A stretch of 64,000 nt of DNA from Candidatus Eiseniibacteriota bacterium (lineage in GTDB: Bacteria; Eisenbacteria; RBG-16-71-46; CAZAMP01): contig OZ245046.1 in the NCBI GenBank assembly GCA_965224245.1, forward strand, positions 3,040,001-3,104,000, written 5' to 3'. The position numbers and the translations under genes are program-made. The notes beneath the pieces were generated by a model. The model saw nothing but the letters and a program-made list of their open reading frames with translations. It was not told the origin of the DNA and did no database searches. Position 1 is the first letter of the stretch; every line of letters starts with the position of its first letter. This document shows positions 1 through 9,231 of this stretch, in pieces.

Positions 1-212
1 AGTCGCGGGCGTCCCTCTTCGCGGGTCCGTGCGATGTGGCCGCTCTCGATGTCGACGTAGCCCTCGAGGGCGCCCGGGACGAGCTCGTATGCGCCCAGCT
101 CGAACGCGACGCGCACGTGCGTCTCGTCACTCTCGATCACCGAGAAGCCCGCGGCCAGCGCGGACGTCACGGCCGCACACTGGAGCAGCAAGAACGATAT
201 CCAACCGCGCAT
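1..212 (-). CDS. 5' part of a secreted protein, possibly peptidase C25 (gingipain-like) propeptide; runs off window
   Basis: Not in ORF track. Manual translation from ATG at 212: MRGWISFLLLQCAAVTSALAAGFSVIESDETHVRVAFELGAYELVPGALEGYVDIESGHIARTREEGRPR. Signal peptide ending ALA, then beta-rich segment and GxP pattern resembling C25 propeptides. Confidence 0.55.
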   Translation of the reverse strand, partial: MRGWISFLLLQCAAVTSALAAGFSVIESDETHVRVAFELGAYELVPGALEGYVDIESGHIARTREEGRPR

Positions 213-420
213 GAAAACCCCCGTTTTGTCGGTGGTCTGGTGACTCGGCACAAACGTGAGGCTTCTCGGCCGTTCGGGGCTGTTGGTGTCTACACGCCCG
301 GCATCGGGGCAGTTCCCCCCGCGGCGCCCGGGAGCCCCGGGCCGGGACCCCCGATTGTCCGCCAACCGGCAAACTGCTACATTCTCGCGCTTTCGGTCTC
401 TCATCGAGGATCCAGTCATC

Positions 421-1320
421 GTGTCGTCACGGCTCCGCGTTTACTGGGCGTTCACGCGCCCGTTCACCCTGATCGCCCCGGCGCTGGGAATGTTCTCCGG
501 CGGCGTCACGGGGCTCGGCGCCGAGCCCCACACGCCCTTCTCGGCCGCGGTCGCGATCAAGATCGCGCTCGGCACCCTGATGGCCGCGCTGCTCAACGGC
601 GCGTCGAACACTCTAAATCAGATCTACGATCTCGAAAACGACCGTATCAACAAGCCGGGCCGGATGATCCCCAGCGGGATCGTCTCGGTCCGCGAGGCGG
701 CCTGGGTCTCGGCCGTCCTCTACGCGGCGGCTCTGGCGCTGGCGGCCATCGTCTCGGCCCAGTGCCTCTTGCTGGCCGCCACGGCGGCGGTTCTGACGTA
801 CATCTACTCGGCGCCGCCGCTTCGCACGAAGCGGACCGCCCTGGGCGCCAACCTGACCATCGCCGTCCCCCGGGGCGTCCTGCTGAAGGTGGCCGGGTGG
901 TCCACCGTGAAGACGATCTGGGTCCACGAGGCGTGGACCGTGGGGGCCATCTTCGGGATCTTCTTGCTGGGCGCGACGACGACGAAGGACTTCGCCGACA
1001 TGGAAGGGGATCGGGCGGCCGGATGCCGGACCCTGCCGGTGGTCTTCGGCGTGCGGAAGGCCGCCTGGATCACCGCCCCCTTCTTCGTCGTGCCGTTCCT
1101 GTTCATGCCGCTGGGCGCCAGGCTCGGATTCCTGACCGGAAACGCGACCGCATTGACGGTCCTCGGCCTCGGATGCGCGGCCTGGGGGCTCTACGTCGCG
1201 CATCTGATCGTGCGCCGGCCCGAGGAGCTGGCCACCACCGAGAATCACGTCTCGTGGACGCACATGTACGCGATGATGTTCGTGTGCCAGATCGGCTTCG
1301 CGATCGCGTACCTGATCTGA
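421..1320 (+). CDS. UbiA-family prenyltransferase (HPT/ChlG/DGGGPS-like clade)
   Basis: RPFTL, NQIYDLENDRINKPGRMIPSG, YSAPPLRTKR and KDFADMEGD aspartate-rich motifs; multiple TM helices. GTG start at 421 chosen after GAGGA. Confidence 0.88.
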   Translation: MSSRLRVYWAFTRPFTLIAPALGMFSGGVTGLGAEPHTPFSAAVAIKIALGTLMAALLNGASNTLNQIYDLENDRINKPGRMIPSGIVSVREAAWVSAVLYAAALALAAIVSAQCLLLAATAAVLTYIYSAPPLRTKRTALGANLTIAVPRGVLLKVAGWSTVKTIWVHEAWTVGAIFGIFLLGATTTKDFADMEGDRAAGCRTLPVVFGVRKAAWITAPFFVVPFLFMPLGARLGFLTGNATALTVLGLGCAAWGLYVAHLIVRRPEELATTENHVSWTHMYAMMFVCQIGFAIAYLI

Positions 1321-1333
1321 CGAGGAGAGTCTG

Positions 1334-2062
1334 ATGCCTCGCATCCCGGAGGTCGCGATCGCGATCGGCGCCGGCGTGGCCGGCACGCTCGTCGCCGCGC
1401 TCGTGTCGAACGCATGGCTCTGGCCGGTGCTGGTGGCCACGGCGGTCTATCCGCTCTTCTACGCCGGCGTGCGCGACGGGCGCCTCGGGGCGACCGTGGC
1501 GCGGATGTGCGTGTGGGCGCTGTCGGTCACGGCGACGTTCTGGCTGGTCTGTGCCTGGCGCGGCCTGGAGGCGATCGGTCCCGACGTGATCCGGGGCCCG
1601 GCCTACGCCGACGAGATGCTGCACTGGGTCGCCACCGGCGAGGGTGCCGAGGGAAGTCCGGCGCAGTTTCTCCCGCTGCACGCGCGCCACTTCGGTGGGT
1701 TCGTGATCGCCAGCGCGCTCACCGGCGGCGCGGCCGGCCTCGTGTTCGGCTCCATCCTCCTGGACTACATGAACTTCTACGTGGCGAGCCTGGCCGCGGC
1801 ATCGACCACGCCGGCCCTGGCATACCTGATCGGGTGGCCCGTCTGGGCGATCGTGCGCGTGATCGGCTTCATCGCGGCCGGAACCGCGATCGCGCACCTC
1901 TTCGTGACGCGGGTGCTCCGGCGGGGCACCTGGGATGCGCGTGGCTTTCGCCGCTGGATGCTCGTGAGCGTGGCGTTGGTCCTGGCCGACGTCGTCCTGA
2001 AGTGGACGCTGGCGGAGCCCTGGCGCCATCTGCTTCAGAGCTGGGCGGGTGTGCTCGGCTGA
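1334..2062 (+). CDS. Hypothetical integral membrane protein
   Basis: 242 aa, about 6 hydrophobic segments, GAGGAG RBS, 13 bp after the UbiA stop. Confidence 0.75.
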   Translation: MPRIPEVAIAIGAGVAGTLVAALVSNAWLWPVLVATAVYPLFYAGVRDGRLGATVARMCVWALSVTATFWLVCAWRGLEAIGPDVIRGPAYADEMLHWVATGEGAEGSPAQFLPLHARHFGGFVIASALTGGAAGLVFGSILLDYMNFYVASLAAASTTPALAYLIGWPVWAIVRVIGFIAAGTAIAHLFVTRVLRRGTWDARGFRRWMLVSVALVLADVVLKWTLAEPWRHLLQSWAGVLG

Positions 2063-3441
2063 CCCACGATCGCGCCGAGATCGGGCAGTCGCTCGGGATA
2101 GTAACGGACGTTCTCCTGCACCTCGAGCTGCTGCAGGAACTGATCGAGCCGCGCGCCCTGGCGCTGCCGGGTCGTCTGGTCCACGATCCGCCGAAGCCCG
2201 GCCTCGCCCGGGACCTCCATCCCCTGCCGCTCCATCTCCGCGGCGACCTCCTCCGGCGTGGGCTCGAGTCCGCGCCAGAGCTCGCGCAGGAGGGTGTTCG
2301 TGAAGAACTCGTCCCGCTTGCGCTCGACCCGCTCCACGATGTCCGGGCGCTGCACGAGACCCCGCTGCGCGGCGACCTCCTGGACGATGGCCGACAGGGC
2401 CCGCCGACGCGCCAGCACGTGGAGCTGATCGATCTCCTGACCTTTCTTCAGTGCCGACTGCTCCACGCCACCGAGCTCGGCCCAGAGCTCGGCCGCGGTG
2501 AACGAGCGCCCCAGCACGTCGAAGAAGGTGCGGCGTCGATCCTCCTCGGACAGGCGCGGGAGCCGCATGCGACTGGACTGCAGCCCCGACGCCTCCAGGC
2601 TGTCGCGGTGGCCGGCGATCCTGTCGGCGAGGAATCCGATGGTCGACGAGTCGGGCCGGAACATGCCCTGCAGCAGGAGCTCGGACTCGAGATCGGCCAT
2701 CTGACTCCGGCGAACGTCCACGCGCAGTGCGGCCACGATGTCGTCCCGCACGCTCTGGAACGGCTCACGCTCGCGTGAGACGCAGTGGAACAGGTGGGTG
2801 CCGTCGCTGGCGCGCACCGGGTCGCTGGTCGAGCCGACGGGCAACGACAGCGCGGCCTGCTCCAGCGTGGGGGGTAGCTCGCCCACGCCGATCCCACCGA
2901 GGCTCTGGGCGACGATCGTGGAGTCGGTCTCCGCGAGGGCGCGCGCGGCATCGGTGAAGCTCTCACCCCGGGCGAGTGCCGCCTGCATCGCGGCGGTCGC
3001 GGTCTCGTCTCCTCGAAAGTGAAGCAGGGTCGGCTTCTCGGCGTACGTCTCCTCGTGTCGGGCACGCAGCGTGGCCTCGTCGAACACCGGCGGCTCGGGG
3101 TACCGCGTGTCGAGCAGGGCCTCCTTGTAGAGCGTCTCGCGATAGAGCGCCAGCCGCGCATCGTCGCCCTCGGACAGGGCCGGCACGCGTCGCTTGGCCG
3201 CCTCGACCAGCATGCGCATCTGGACGACGCGCCGCAGGAACGCATCGGGCGTGAGCTGGAGGTCGGCCATCGTCTGCCCGTCTTCGAGCAGGAAATCCAG
3301 CTCCGCGACGATCTCGTCGGCGGTGATCTCGTGGTCGCCGTACGTTGCCACGGGCTCGTCGTCCCCGGGACATCCCAGGCCGGTCATCGCGGCCGCCATC
3401 GCGAGCGACGTGATCGCGAGCTGTCGAAGCCGTCTCGTCAC
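2035..3441 (-). CDS. Parvulin (PpiC-type)/SurA-like lipoprotein chaperone
   Basis: Lipobox GLGC; SurA-N-like VATYGDHEIT; GESFTDAARAL...LPVGSTSDPVRASDGTHLF parvulin core. Confidence 0.8.
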   Translation of the reverse strand: MTRRLRQLAITSLAMAAAMTGLGCPGDDEPVATYGDHEITADEIVAELDFLLEDGQTMADLQLTPDAFLRRVVQMRMLVEAAKRRVPALSEGDDARLALYRETLYKEALLDTRYPEPPVFDEATLRARHEETYAEKPTLLHFRGDETATAAMQAALARGESFTDAARALAETDSTIVAQSLGGIGVGELPPTLEQAALSLPVGSTSDPVRASDGTHLFHCVSREREPFQSVRDDIVAALRVDVRRSQMADLESELLLQGMFRPDSSTIGFLADRIAGHRDSLEASGLQSSRMRLPRLSEEDRRRTFFDVLGRSFTAAELWAELGGVEQSALKKGQEIDQLHVLARRRALSAIVQEVAAQRGLVQRPDIVERVERKRDEFFTNTLLRELWRGLEPTPEEVAAEMERQGMEVPGEAGLRRIVDQTTRQRQGARLDQFLQQLEVQENVRYYPERLPDLGAIVGQPSTPAQL

Positions 3442-3521
3442 AAGATCCTCCCGGGCGCTGGGATCGTCCGCGCGCGCATGGTCTGGGCGCTCGAGGCGTC
3501 TCTCGCTTCGAGGCTCGCCCG

Positions 3522-5261
3522 TCAGTCGTGGGAGCCGTTCGCGCTTCCGGACGCCCCGATCAGCTCACCAATGAGCGTTTCGTTCCGTCGAACCGGGAAC
3601 TCCGTCCGCAGCTCCTCGAGCAGCGCGGCCTGCACCTCGGACCGGATCACCGCCTCGCAGCGCGAGAGCAACGTCTCGTCCGAGAGCTCGATCCGACGCA
3701 TCGGTCGCGGTGGACGTCGCTCGAGGACCTTGTAGATCTGGTATCCGTCGGAGACCGGGACGGGCTCGGAGATCGACCCGATCTCGCTCCCGAAGAGAAG
3801 CTCGTCGGACTCGGGGAACGCTCCCCGAGGAATGAACGGCGTGCGCGGGGCGTACTGAGCCTCGGGATCCACGTCGCGCGCGCGGAACGCGACGTCCTTG
3901 AAGTCCTCGCCGTCCATGAGCATGGCGTGGATCTCCTCGGCGTACGCCTCGTCCGACACGACGATGGCGGCGATGCTGACCTGCTCGGGTAGCATGAAGG
4001 CCTCGGGACGTTCCTCGAACATGCGCTCGGCGACCAGGGAATCCAGCCCGCTCAGGTCGGTCTCGGAGTCGAGGTACGTCTGTCCCATGAAACGGCCGAG
4101 CGTCGCGTCCACCCGACACAGCGCCTCGTCGGAGAGCGCGTACGTGCCGGCCCGGTACTCGCGATGCAGCATCATCGCGATGGCCAGCCGCGTCGCGGCC
4201 ACGCGGATGCTGAAGCGGTTGCGCGGCTTGGGCCAGTCCTCGATCTGGAGCGCCGGGAAGAGCTCGAAGAACTCCTCGACCGTGACCACCGGGCCGTCCT
4301 CGGTCGACACGACCGGCGTGTCGGTCGCCTCCCACGCGGGATCGCGGTGCGGCGGCCGGATCATCGAGGGCGTGGGGCGGAGGTGCGCGACGATCTCCTC
4401 GACGCCCTGATCGTGCACCGCGAGCCCGTAGTGCGCCACCCGTTCGTCGGTCCACGCGTCGACGGCCTCCAGATACGGCAGCCGCCGCCGGACGCTCCGC
4501 AGGCGATCGTTCGGAATCGTGACCGGATCCTCGATGGAGTAGAGCACGCTGTCGCAACGTGCGATGTGGTAGCCCAGTCGCGTGCGCACCGGGCCGCCGA
4601 CCTCGCCCTGGTCGAGGAGGCTGGCCATCAGCCGGTACAGCGATGGAAACGTGTCGCCGTACCGGGTCGGCATGAGCCGCCCGCCGGCCGCGCGCGTTCC
4701 GATGTCGATCGAGACCTCCTTGGCGAGCTCGCCGAAGTCCTCGCCGTCCTCGAGACGCTTCATGATCCCCGGGATCTCGTCCTCGCTCTCGACGACGATC
4801 TGACGGCCCATCCAGAGCAGCGAGCGATCGTCCCGGAACGACTCGATCGCCTCGTCGGTGAGGGCCTCCTCGTCGGGGTGGAAGGACGTCCGGACCGACT
4901 CCCAGATCTCGGCGATCTCGTCGTACCGACGCGCGCTGTCCTCGAGCGCCACGGCACCTTCCAGGTGGGCCCGGGCGCCGAGCCAGAGCAGGCGACGATC
5001 GATCAGATTGCCGAGGGCCTGCTCCTGGCGCGCGGCCTCGTCGGGAAGCGTCGGATCGGTGACCTCGGGGAGTTCCACGTCGAACGCGGTCCGCGTGATC
5101 GGCTCGTCGCCCACCGTGGCCAGAACGTCGGAGGGCATCGGGGTCGCGGCGGCCATGACCGGGCCGGCCAGGAACGCGCCGCTCGCGCAGACCACCCGCA
5201 CCCGCATGAGCGCCGACGACACGCGGAGCCGGATGTCGAGGCGCCCGTCAGCCATGCTCAC
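3522..5261 (-). CDS. Parvulin/SurA-like chaperone with two PpiC domains
   Basis: VLATVGDEPIT; GEDFGELAKEVSID...GGPVRTRLGYHIARC and GEDFKDVA...ISEPVPVSDGYQIYKV. Start uncertain (5261/5255). Confidence 0.82.
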   Translation of the reverse strand: MSMADGRLDIRLRVSSALMRVRVVCASGAFLAGPVMAAATPMPSDVLATVGDEPITRTAFDVELPEVTDPTLPDEAARQEQALGNLIDRRLLWLGARAHLEGAVALEDSARRYDEIAEIWESVRTSFHPDEEALTDEAIESFRDDRSLLWMGRQIVVESEDEIPGIMKRLEDGEDFGELAKEVSIDIGTRAAGGRLMPTRYGDTFPSLYRLMASLLDQGEVGGPVRTRLGYHIARCDSVLYSIEDPVTIPNDRLRSVRRRLPYLEAVDAWTDERVAHYGLAVHDQGVEEIVAHLRPTPSMIRPPHRDPAWEATDTPVVSTEDGPVVTVEEFFELFPALQIEDWPKPRNRFSIRVAATRLAIAMMLHREYRAGTYALSDEALCRVDATLGRFMGQTYLDSETDLSGLDSLVAERMFEERPEAFMLPEQVSIAAIVVSDEAYAEEIHAMLMDGEDFKDVAFRARDVDPEAQYAPRTPFIPRGAFPESDELLFGSEIGSISEPVPVSDGYQIYKVLERRPPRPMRRIELSDETLLSRCEAVIRSEVQAALLEELRTEFPVRRNETLIGELIGASGSANGSHD

Positions 5262-7002
5262 GCTCCCCCGGTTCGACCCTCGCCCGCAGCACGACCGACG
5301 TGTCCATCGAGGCCGAGAACTTGTCCCTGAGCTCGTCCAGCAGCGCTCGTGTCCGCTTCTCGCGCTGATCGATCGAGCAGTGCTGGAGCACGTGCATCTT
5401 CGCCTCGTCGAACGTCATCGGGATCGGATCGCCGACCGCCTCGATCCGCGCCGCGGTGAGCTTCCCGTCGATGGACGCACTGGCCGTCACGGCACCGACC
5501 TCGGGGTTGACGCCCCGCACCAGGTCGTCGAGACCGTCGTGTTGCGGGAAGTCGCGCTGCATGCCCGTGCGTGCGATGACCTCGACGTCCTCGTCACTCG
5601 CGTGACGCGCGTTCAGCTCCTCGGCGCTCTCACCGGCACGCAACGCCTCGATGAGCGCATTGAACGTGGGCGCGGCCGTGGCACGCACCACGCACAGGTC
5701 CAGATCGGGGGGGTGCTGGTAGTAGTCGTGATACTCCTCGAAGAACGCCTGCAGGTCCTCGGGCGTCGGCTCCACCTTCTGGACGACCTCGGTGCTGTAG
5801 AGCCGCTCGACCAGCGCGAACTCGACTCCTTCCTGCACGCGGCGGGCCTTGTCGGGATCCTCGGTGAGACCGGACGACTCGGCATGGGCCACGAGCGCCT
5901 GCAACGTGATCTTCTCCTGCAGCCACTTCCGATAGGCGTTCGGCTGAGTGATGTCGGGGCGGTCGCTGAGCGCGGTCTCCCAGATGTCGCTCGCCGCATC
6001 GCCGACGCGATACTGGACCTCACCCACCGTGGCGACCACGAGCGCCGCCTGCTCGTCGGTGGGCTCGGGCCCGCGCGGGAAGTTCAGGAAGTCCTCGCCG
6101 AGCGGCTTGCCCTCGGCCTGGATCCGCTTCGCGTCGCGCATCTTCGCCAGGTAGCGATCGCGGTAGTCGGTCTGGAGGGCCAACGCGGTCTCGTAGCCCT
6201 CCTGGTTCCAGCGGACGTCGAGCTTGCTCCAGAACCCGTCCAGGAACTGCGCCCACCGCTGACGTCCCAGCTTCTCGCCGTAATGGCGGTGGAACAGCCG
6301 CGGATCCTGCTCGACGGTCGTGCGCTCGCGCGGCCGCCGCCCCTCGACCTTCAGGATGTGCCAGCCCCGCTGGGTCCACGTGGGCCCGGAGACCTCGCCC
6401 ACCTCGAGCGGGAAGGCCGCCTCGTCGATGCCGGCCAGCGTGCCGTAGCCGAACCATCCCAGGTCGCCGCCGTTGGCCTTCGAGAACGCGTCGATGGAGT
6501 ACGTCTCGACCGCCTCCCCGAAGGCCAGACCACCTTCGATCTCCGCGTGAACCGACTCGGCCTCCTCGCGCGTGGCGAGCATCACGCTGCTGGCGCGGAC
6601 CTCCTCGCCGAGCCACTCGTAGATCTGGTCCATCTTCGCCGGGCTCAGATCCACCTTGGACAGCTCGTCCTCCATGTAGATCTGGATGATCAGCTGGTCG
6701 CGCCGGTGGGCGATGGCCTGGGTCATGCCGGTGGTGTCGCCGCGCGGGTAGTGAGTGGCTTCGTGAGCCATCACGTACTTGTCCAGGAGGCCGCTCGCGA
6801 AGTCGAGCAGGACCGAGTCACGCGTCTCCGGCGTGAAGTCGGCCGGCCCCCGCCGCGCGAACTCCTCCTCGATCACGGACAGAGGTACGGTCTGCCCGGC
6901 GTATCGAAGCGCGATCTCCGACTTCTCTTCCGAGGAGCAGCCGATCGCGCCGGCCACCATGGCGGCCACCAGCGCGGCATGCCGGGTGTTACGAGGACTC
7001 AA
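5248..7002 (-). CDS. Parvulin/SurA-like lipoprotein chaperone
   Basis: TTG start with GGAGGT RBS; lipobox AIGC; FGEAVETYSID...GGDLGWF...GEVSGPTWTQRGWHILKV; second degenerate PpiC domain. Confidence 0.85.
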   Translation of the reverse strand: MSPRNTRHAALVAAMVAGAIGCSSEEKSEIALRYAGQTVPLSVIEEEFARRGPADFTPETRDSVLLDFASGLLDKYVMAHEATHYPRGDTTGMTQAIAHRRDQLIIQIYMEDELSKVDLSPAKMDQIYEWLGEEVRASSVMLATREEAESVHAEIEGGLAFGEAVETYSIDAFSKANGGDLGWFGYGTLAGIDEAAFPLEVGEVSGPTWTQRGWHILKVEGRRPRERTTVEQDPRLFHRHYGEKLGRQRWAQFLDGFWSKLDVRWNQEGYETALALQTDYRDRYLAKMRDAKRIQAEGKPLGEDFLNFPRGPEPTDEQAALVVATVGEVQYRVGDAASDIWETALSDRPDITQPNAYRKWLQEKITLQALVAHAESSGLTEDPDKARRVQEGVEFALVERLYSTEVVQKVEPTPEDLQAFFEEYHDYYQHPPDLDLCVVRATAAPTFNALIEALRAGESAEELNARHASDEDVEVIARTGMQRDFPQHDGLDDLVRGVNPEVGAVTASASIDGKLTAARIEAVGDPIPMTFDEAKMHVLQHCSIDQREKRTRALLDELRDKFSASMDTSVVLRARVEPGEREHG

Positions 7003-7075
7003 GACGCTACCTCCAATGAGTGCGGACGGTCCGGCGCGTCGCTCGGACGGCTCGAGGGGCTTTTCGAACCGAGCG

Positions 7076-7105
7076 AGGATACCACCGGCCCCGCGCCGCC
7101 TTCAA
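7076..7105 (-). promoter_or_regulatory. Putative sigma70 promoter for the parvulin operon
   Basis: Minus strand TTGAAG-18nt-TATCCT with TG at the extended -10 position. Confidence 0.4.
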
Positions 7106-7269
7106 CCGCCACTGCGGGTCCTAAGTAATTCAGCCGCTGATGATTGCGGCCTCAGGGGCCGGGGACTTCCGGCTCTCGGTCCGTGGTGTCGACGGGGTAC
7201 TACCCCGCGCGGTCGCGGTTGCTCCCGGCGATCGGGGACGCCGGCCCCGGGCGAGGGTCCCCCGAACAC

Positions 7270-7307
7270 GAGAAACGGCCGCGTCCGAGGGTTCCGGACG
7301 CGGCCGT
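7270..7307 (-). terminator. Rho-independent terminator
   Basis: Perfect 13-bp stem ACGGCCGCGTCCG/CGGACGCGGCCGT, 7-nt loop, short U-rich tail, about 30 bp after the stop at 7340. Confidence 0.75.
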
Positions 7308-7339
7308 GCGCCGAGGCGTTCGAGATGTCTGGCCGAGGA

Positions 7340-8014
7340 CTAGTAGAGAGACTTGATCGCGCTCCAGCTCGCATTCTGAACCGGAGTGGCTTCGTCACAG
7401 GCGCGCCGTCCGTCGCCGGCCCCGTCGCCGGCGATGTCGGCGCTGGACCAGCCCTCGCCCCCGATCGGGTACACCGTGGCATCACCGGCCGCGATCAGTG
7501 CGTCGCCGATGCGCGGATCGGGGTTGACCGTCATCCGGCCGAAGCTGTCGGCGGCCACCACGAAGAACCCGACCTTGGCGAAGCCGTTCGACTGGAAGTA
7601 CTCGCCGCTCTCCCACGTGATCGCGTTTCCGGTCTCGGACTCGGGCCAGGAGCCGAGAAGCGGATCGTTCTGCGGGATCTCCGAGCCGCCCGTGCAGAGC
7701 GTCCACCCCGACACGACGACGTCCTCGTCGTACACGATGCCGAACTGGCAGGCGCCGATGCCGCGGGAGGCCGGCCAGCCCGGGATATCCTCCCACCCGT
7801 AGGCCAGGACGAACGCGAACTGGAGTCCGATGTCGGCTCCGTCGGGCATGATGTCGTCGCACGTGACCGTGTTGTCGTTCACGATTCCGCAGTTCGCGTA
7901 GTCGGGCGCTTCCATGTGCAGCAGGAATCCGTACGGGCTTCCACCCGCCTGCGCGCCGGCGGCGACGCCGATACTCAACAGCCCGGCGCCACAGATCCTT
8001 ACCAACTTCTGCAT
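7340..8014 (-). CDS. Secreted beta-rich (cohesin-like) protein with C-terminal TPVxxxSWxxIKxLY tail
   Basis: Signal peptide ending AQA; GGAGG RBS; GIGACQFGIVYD resembles the cohesin strand motif; ends DEATPVQNASWSAIKSLY. Confidence 0.8.
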   Translation of the reverse strand: MQKLVRICGAGLLSIGVAAGAQAGGSPYGFLLHMEAPDYANCGIVNDNTVTCDDIMPDGADIGLQFAFVLAYGWEDIPGWPASRGIGACQFGIVYDEDVVVSGWTLCTGGSEIPQNDPLLGSWPESETGNAITWESGEYFQSNGFAKVGFFVVAADSFGRMTVNPDPRIGDALIAAGDATVYPIGGEGWSSADIAGDGAGDGRRACDEATPVQNASWSAIKSLY

Positions 8015-8236
8015 GCTTAGAGTCCCTCCTCGGGGCCGCGGGTCTCGGCGGCTCCCATCGAACGGCGCCTGGGCCGTCGCCGTTCACGTTGTTGGCCGGG
8101 AATTCCGGCTGATAGAGGCGTCTGCCAACGGGCGGAGGAGTATCAGATTCCCGGAGGACCGGCAACACCTTTCCCGTCAGGAAAGGGTGTGTGCTCCGAA
8201 CACCGTTGGAGGGCGGCGGGTCGGAGCGTGGGTACG

Positions 8237-8269
8237 AAAACGCCCCGGAGCGGCGAGGCTCCGGGGCGT
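8237..8269 (-). terminator. Rho-independent terminator
   Basis: Stem CGCCCCGGAGC/GCTCCGGGGCG, 6-nt loop, followed by TTTT on the minus strand, just after the stop at 8298. Confidence 0.8.
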
Positions 8270-8297
8270 GAGCGAACGAGCGAACCGAATGCCGTGC

Positions 8298-8897
8298 TTA
8301 CGGGCACTCCGTTCCGTTCAGGAACAGGCTCTGGAACACGACGAAGTCCGGAAGCGAGACGAACCCGTCGCAGTCATTAACCGGGTCAGGACCGGCCTTC
8401 AGGTCGTGGCAGTCGCTGGCCGTCAGGAACGCCGTCTGGAAGTTGACGAAGTCGGACAGGTTGGACTCGCCCGAGCCGTTGTTGTCGTTCGAGCCGACGG
8501 AGTCGTACACCGGAAGAAGCGTCACGGCACCGGGATCGGCCTCGATGGTGACCGAGGACGGGACGGCGCAGCAGCCACCGACGGCCGGCGCGAACGAGAA
8601 CGTGCCGTCGCCCGCGGTCGTCTGGGCGAGGACTGTCGGCTGCGAGCAATCCGCCAGATCAGAGTCCTGGACGAGGGCCGTGCAGCCACCGTTGAAGATG
8701 ACGCGAACCTCTTCGCCACCCAGAGGGTTGCCATCGGTACCCCGGACCTGGCCATCGAGCGTGAGCGCACCCGAGGGATCCAGGCGGACACACTGCGGGG
8801 TGATCGAGTTCGCCGGATCCGGAACGACGGCACCCGCCGAGCTGACGAGAGCGGCCGTACAAACGACGGCGCCAAGACCGCGCATGAAGCGAGTCAT
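8298..8897 (-). CDS. Secreted Cys-rich protein with duplicated dockerin/EF-hand-like loops
   Basis: ATG 8897 with GGAGG RBS; signal peptide then VPDPANS; C-terminal DNNGSGESNLSDFVNF and DCDGFVSLPDFVVF. Confidence 0.8.
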   Translation of the reverse strand: MTRFMRGLGAVVCTAALVSSAGAVVPDPANSITPQCVRLDPSGALTLDGQVRGTDGNPLGGEEVRVIFNGGCTALVQDSDLADCSQPTVLAQTTAGDGTFSFAPAVGGCCAVPSSVTIEADPGAVTLLPVYDSVGSNDNNGSGESNLSDFVNFQTAFLTASDCHDLKAGPDPVNDCDGFVSLPDFVVFQSLFLNGTECP

Positions 8898-9032
8898 GTG
8901 ATGAAACCTCCACAACTTCGAACGAGATGAATACCCCAGCCTCAGGCCGGGATTACCGTTGATGCCTCCGAAGCGTAATGCTCCCGACGCCCTCCTTGTA
9001 GTGTAGACCGATGACCCTATCAATCGAGCCGC

Positions 9033-9061
9033 AGTATACCAGCGCGCGCCGGAACCGACAA
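9033..9061 (-). promoter_or_regulatory. Putative sigma70 promoter
   Basis: TTGTCG-17nt-TATACT with extended -10 TG, about 135 bp upstream of the 8897 start. Confidence 0.55.
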
Positions 9062-9231
9062 CCCCAAGCTGGTCAGGCGCGGGCAACAAGAGCGATCGGA
9101 GCGAGGCACGTCCTCCTGGCCTACGGAGGAGATGGCGGCGTCCCACGCCGCGCGCCCACCGGCAGCTATATCGACAAATCAGACTCGAAATCGGTCAACT
9201 GTAAAATATGGCGATTATTGCGACGAGATCC

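Noticed and set aside
7085-7175. ncRNA (6S-like or riboswitch) between the secreted gene and the parvulins
   Set aside because: Some inverted repeats (CCGGCCCC/GGGGCCGG) but no recognisable family consensus; it overlaps a predicted promoter.
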